Source of the DNA: the human T2T-CHM13v2.0 reference genome, Homo sapiens
Direction: 5' to 3' (one strand)
DNA length: 64,000 nt
NCBI RefSeq assembly: GCF_009914755.1
Contig: NC_060934.1
Shown here: positions 58,032 through 64,000 of the stretch, piece after piece
How positions within the stretch are numbered: the stretch's first letter is position 1
How the letters are laid out: the number at the start of each line of letters is the position of its first letter
Notes under the pieces: generated by a model
Database searches by the model: none
What the model was told of the DNA's origin: nothing
The model's input: only the letters and a program-made list of their open reading frames with translations
Program-made: the position numbers and the translations under genes

Positions 58032-58426
58032 AGGCCCTTACATTTGAGATGAATATTTTTCATGCTTCTCAAATTACCAAATATAATCTCTCCCACTAAA
58101 TGAGGTAAGAAAAATTTAAATTTAATAAAAAGTAAATACAAGATATCCATTCAGACTCTCAATGAACGGTAACAGAGAATGATAAAGTCACAATAATGTG
58201 GGGATGTTAAACGGTGACTAGGTGCTCCTTGTCACATAATTTACATCTGCACCTAAATAAAATGACAAGTTACTTTTATTACACATTGTCAAATTTTTAC
58301 GTGACTAGTCAGAAATATAATTGTTAAATTATCCGGTCCAAATACCCTCCATAGAAGTTTACCTTTTAAAGAGTTAAACATTTTAATAGATTATATTGGG
58401 GTGATTGTGACTCAAAAGTTCCATTT

Positions 58427-58766
<340 letters not shown>

Positions 58767-61269
58767 TCAGGAATATTAAAACTCACTAATGATGTGAATT
58801 ATTATGACATCACTCTATAATTTGGGCAGATGACCTGCAGCCAGTCGAATTCCAGCGTTACTTCCCTTCCTTTAATGAAAAATAAAATAGAATTTTGATC
58901 AAAATGTATTAACCAGTTTTCAGTCTCTCAGAAAGCAATCAGCTTCATCTGTGACACTGACTGTTCTCTCAATATCTAAAACAAATTGCATCAGTATATA
59001 TTATCCATTATCTAAGAAGTCAACTCCCATATTTATCCCTATATGACAATTAGTGATAAATGAAGGGTTAGTGTGAGCAAAACATTATGTAGGATCTTGT
59101 AAAGAGATTTCCAGTTCTGCAGTGTGCTTTCTCAGCAAGAAATGTCTTGACTAATTCATGCCACTTGCCTGGAGGCAAGCATATCTCAATCCCAGAGAAT
59201 GGAGCTCTGGATGTATTAGTCCAACTCCATTATGTTAAGCCTGGGTAATGTTGCCTTTAACCATCTAAAGATTTATAATTTATTAAAACTTCATGATGAT
59301 ACAATTCAGCCCCTTGAAATGGAACTCAGCTTGATTAATTAAATAGGCAAAATATGCCTTTCTTGCAGTTAGAGGAAATACACTCTTTAGAATACCCAAA
59401 TTGATTATATATGTGTGTTCATGGATGAAAAAGGATAAACTACTGAATATTCCAGTGACAGAGTAATTTCTCAAAAACCTTTTTTTAATACAGTCAACCA
59501 TGCATGGAGAAAACATTAATTGTGAAAATGCAATATGCACATGTACAAGAGACACTGAGAAGAATGTAACCATACAACATTACATATGGATGATCAGTCA
59601 GAATTCTTGGTGAATATGATTCTTCCTGTGGCTCAGATGCTTCTAAGTTTTATATTAGTTTAATTCTCTATGTCTGAAAAGAGAAGGTGGCAGCCAAAGA
59701 CAGATAAATGTTTGGAAAGAGAAGGAATTTTTACAAGAGGATTTGGGTACTCTTACCCTTGTTATGTGAAATTTTGCTGGCTCAGCCTTGTCTGTTAGTC
59801 TCAGAACCACTGGACAAAGTTCAAATCTCTGACACTTCATAATATTCTATGTTAAGCCAAAATTACTTGATTGTGCTTGAAAACTTGGAAAAAAAAAAAA
59901 AGCCCCTAGAGTTGAAGTAACTATATGTCCGAGGCTTGGAGATAATTTGAGGACATAGAAGTGTTTCTGGGAGTCTAGTCCTTTACTCTCCACCCTTAGC
60001 AAAAAAGTTTTCTTTTTATTATACTTTTATTACACTTTTTGTTATAATTTATGTTGCTCAGAAGGAAAAAAGGAAAACAACAAGCTAAACTGTAAGAATA
60101 AACACGTTTTAAAAAGTCAAGCTTTGATCATTTAATACCCACTTTTTATGTATATCTATTTCCGCCTGATACATGTCACCTGGAATATTCACTGCCTTCA
60201 GAACCATCACACAATGTACATACATTCATACCCATACATAAAAAAAAATACGTGCAACAATCCACAGGATGTGGTCTTCACTGTAGCGCTATTGGGCTCT
60301 ACAAAATCCTTTTAGAAATAAACATTGAGCAGAAGAGAAATAGTCATAAAATTATCACTTTAAAAAATAAAAGCCTAAGAAAAAATAACATGAACTGCTG
60401 GTATTTCCTTACTATAACCTTAAGCAAATTACTTAATTTCAGAGTCCATTTCTTCTCCTCTACAATGTATGTAAACTAAGAATTTGTACAAATTCAATCC
60501 AAAAACACTTCCAGATTTTCCTACAGCCTTTTTTATGACATCTGTTTTTCATGAAGATGACTGATTTACAACATTACAAAAGAATCTAGGCAAAATTTAA
60601 AAATTTTACTCATTGAATTTGAGCTTGTATTTTGCCTTGCATTAAAATTTTCCCATCTCACTTTTCTTACTTCAATCACTTTGCAGCAAGCTCAAATATG
60701 TTTTGTCAACATAGCAAAACACATTAAGCATAAAACCAAATTGGAGGTCACTCTTCATTGTATCAGAGTGAGTGTGTGCAGATCCTGTCACTGGAAGACA
60801 CAAATACTTGCCAAAAGTAAATTGTTATAAGTTGTGTGCTCGTTTACTCTAAACTCATGTGATGATTTTAAAATAATGAAATAAATGAAGCATGTAATTT
60901 AAATGATACTTCATCTGTTAATGGAATTTGTGCCAAATTTCAATAGCTTTTGGTAGTGTTAATGTAATTTGATTTCTGAGCAATTAAGCAGCACATTTAG
61001 AATTGGCAAAATGATTAATTAGAAACTTTGGACAATGTGCCAAAAAAGTTAACTTTTTCCTCTTATGTAATTTCTTCCAGAGCATTCCAGGATCATAGGT
61101 TTATAAACATTGTAGATATTAGAGGTTATGGAGTCCAGCTGCCGGTCTGCTGCATACACAATGCCTACATTTTTCCTCGAAAGTAATTGCCAATATCTTA
61201 TTGGAGCACACATTACCTTCCAAGAAAACATACTCCATTGTAAAAGGGTTTGAATTTTTTCTTTTTTAA

Positions 61270-61850
61270 AAACCTCCTTACATTTATCTATTACTTAAAA
61301 TATTTTCAAAATATTTCAGAAACTCTGTGCTGGAAATGCAAGGTTTATTTAGGTGAAGTTCTTGCCTCCAGGGAGCTTGCAATCTAGTAAGAGATTAACA
61401 GATAAAACACATAATCAGGACTGCAGTTAATGCTTGATAGAAGTGTTCATAGAACACAATAAAAGTACAGAGAAGGAAAGTTAACACAGCTTCAGAGTTG
61501 GATAAAGACTAACTCTAAGAGCTGACTCCTTATCTAAATATTGAAGAAGGGTGAATGCCTATAGCAATCCAATTGAGTATCTGCAACAGATTAAAGGGGC
61601 TGGAAATATAGATGTAGAATTCATTAACACATTGATAAATCATGTAATCGACTGAAATTACCCAATGAATGTGTAGAGAAAAAAGAGGAATAAACCAAGA
61701 ATGGGTGGACAGAGGAGGGGCCTGTGAAGAAGGAAGAATGGCCATGGTCTGTTACTCAAAGCTATGTAACGTAGAGACCAAGAAATAGATATTAAGCAAG
61801 AATAGCATCAATCAGGAAACATGAGTGCTATTAGAAAGTTGTTCAAAAAC
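61270..61850 (-). mobile_element. L2 fragment
   Basis: TTCTTGCCTCCAGGGAGCTTGCAATCTAGT..AGTACAGAGAAGG. Confidence 0.6.
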
Positions 61851-61854
61851 TCCT

Positions 61855-64000
61855 GAAAGAAATAGAAACTCTGAACAGACCAATAACAAGCAGTGAGATT
61901 GAAATGGCAATTTAAAAATTGCCAACAAAAAAAAGTCCAGGACCAGACAGATTCACAGCTGAATTCTATCAGATTTTCGAAGAAGAATTGGTACCAATCC
62001 TATTGACACTATTCCACAAGATAGAGAAAGAGAGAATCCTCCCTAAATTATTCTATGAAGCCAGTATCACCCTAACCCCAAAACCTGGAAAGGACATAAC
62101 AACAACAAAACTAAAGACCAATATACCTGATGAATATAGATGCAAAAATCCTTAACATAATACTAGCTGAGTCCATCAGCATATCAAAAAGATAATCCAC
62201 CATGATCAAATGAGTTTCATACCAGGGATGCAGGGATGGTTTAATATAGTCAAGTCAATAAATGTCATACACCACATAAGCAGAATTAAAAACAAAGATC
62301 ACATGATCCTCTCAATAGATGCAGAAAAAAAACATTCAACAAAATCCAGCATCTCTTTATGATTAAAACTCTGAGGAAAATCGGCATACAAGGAACATAC
62401 CTCAATATAATAAAAACTATCTATGACAAACCCACAGCCAACATATACTGAATAGGGACAAGTTGAAAGCATTTCTTCTGAGAACTGGAACAAGATAAGA
62501 ATGCTCACTCTCACCACTTCTATTCAACATAGTGATGGAAGTCCTAGGCAGAGCAATCAGACAAGAGAAAGAAATAAAGGGCATCCAAATCAGTAAAGAG
62601 GAAGTCAAACTGTCGCTGTTTGCTGATGATATGATCGTATGCCTAAAAAGCCTTAAAGCCTTATCCAAAAAGCACCTAGAACTGATAAATTAATTCAGCA
62701 AAGTTTCAGGATACAAAATTAATGTACACAAATCAGTAGCACTGCTGTACACTAACAGCAACCAAGCTGGGAATCAAATCAAGAACTCAACCTCTTTTAT
62801 AACAGCTGTAAAAAAAAAAAAAAAAAAAAAGAAACTTAGGAATATACCTAACCAAAGAAATGAAAGACCTTTACAATGAAAACTACAAAACGCTGCTGAA
62901 AGAAACCATAGATGACACAAACAAATGGAAACACATCCCATGCTCATGGATGAGTAGAATCAATATTGTGAAAATGACCATACTGCCAAAAGTAATATAC
63001 AAATTCAATGTAATTCCCATTAAAATACCACCATCATTCTTCACAGAACTAGAAAAAGTAATCCTATTGTTCCTATGGAATAAAAAAAGAGCCCACATAG
63101 CCAAAGAAAGACTAAGCAAAAAAGAACAAATCAGGAGGCATCAGATTACCTGACTTCAAACTAAACTACAAGTGATAGTCACCAAAATAGCATGGTACTG
63201 GTATAAAAATAGGTACATAGGCCAATGGAACAGAATCAAGAACCCAGAAATAAAGCCAAATACTTACAGCCAACTGATCTTTGACAAAGCAAACAAAAAC
63301 ATAAAGTAGGGAAAAAACACCATATTCAACAAATGGTGATGGGATAATAGGCAAGCTGCATGTAGAAGAATGAGACTGGATCCTCATCTTTCACCTTATA
63401 CAAAAATTAACTCAAGGCGGATCAAGGACTTAAATCTAAGATATGAAACCATAAAAATTCTAGAAGATAACATTGGAAAAACCCTTGTAGACATTGGCTT
63501 AGGCAAAGACTTCATGACCAAGAACTCAAAAGCAAATGCAACAAAAACAAGGAGAAAAAGATGGGACTTAAAAAAACTAAAAAGCTTCTGCACAGCAAAA
63601 GAAACAATCAGCAAACAGACAACCCACAGAATGAAAGAAAATCTTCACAATCTATATACATCCAACAAAGGACTAATAGACAGAATCTACAAGGAACTCA
63701 AACAAATTATCAAGAAAAAAACAAACAATCTCATCAAAAAGTGGGCTAAGGACATGAATAGACAATTCTGAAAAGAAGATATACAAATGGCCGACAAACA
63801 TATAAAAAAATGCTTAACATCACTATTATTCAGGGAAATGCAAATCAGAACCACAATGCAATACCACTTCACTCCTGCAAGAATGGCCATAATTAAAAAA
63901 AATCAAAAAATAATAGATATTGGTGTGAATGTGGTGGAAGGGGAACACTTTTATCCTGCTGGTGGGAATGTAACTAGTACAGCCACTATGGAAAACAGTG
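61855..64000 (+). mobile_element. 5'-truncated L1PB-type LINE, decayed ORF2 (RT and C-terminal region), running off the window
   Basis: ORF fragments [25 protein letters not shown] (about 62616-62640), [22 protein letters not shown]; multiple frameshifts and stops. Confidence 0.95.

Noticed and set aside
61855-64000. Active L1 or domesticated reverse transcriptase
   Set aside because: 5'-truncated, with multiple frameshifts and stops and an expanded A run at 62809-62830.

Overview
Primate (human-like) AT-rich genomic DNA with no recognisable protein-coding gene, RNA gene or CRISPR array. More than half of the window is interspersed repeats: about 20 Alus (J, S, Y and a Yd-type copy), young and ancient L1s, L2/MIR, solo LTRs (THE1, MST, MLT1, LTR10C, LTR12, MER51, MER57, MER67, LTR33, LTR40, LTR53) and DNA-transposon MITEs (MADE1, MER5, MER58, MER103). 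The listed ORFs are chance or repeat-derived, apart from decayed L1 ORF2 and a frameshifted retroviral env fossil at about 37.1-38.1 kb. Repeat families were assigned by eye from remembered consensus sequences and need RepeatMasker confirmation; coordinates of old elements are approximate. The most interesting signals are: (i) four separate 55-110 bp non-tandem local duplications, with partner copies 0.7-2.5 kb away, including a 97%-identical inverted copy that marks a complex rearrangement of an ancient L1; (ii) perfected hairpins consistent with template-switch mutation; (iii) an LTR12 promoter with an apparently derived consensus splice donor; (iv) a tiny TSD-flanked retroposed fragment; (v) a gamma-type env attached to an ERVL-class LTR. 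I did not find convincing evidence of a wholly new biological system.
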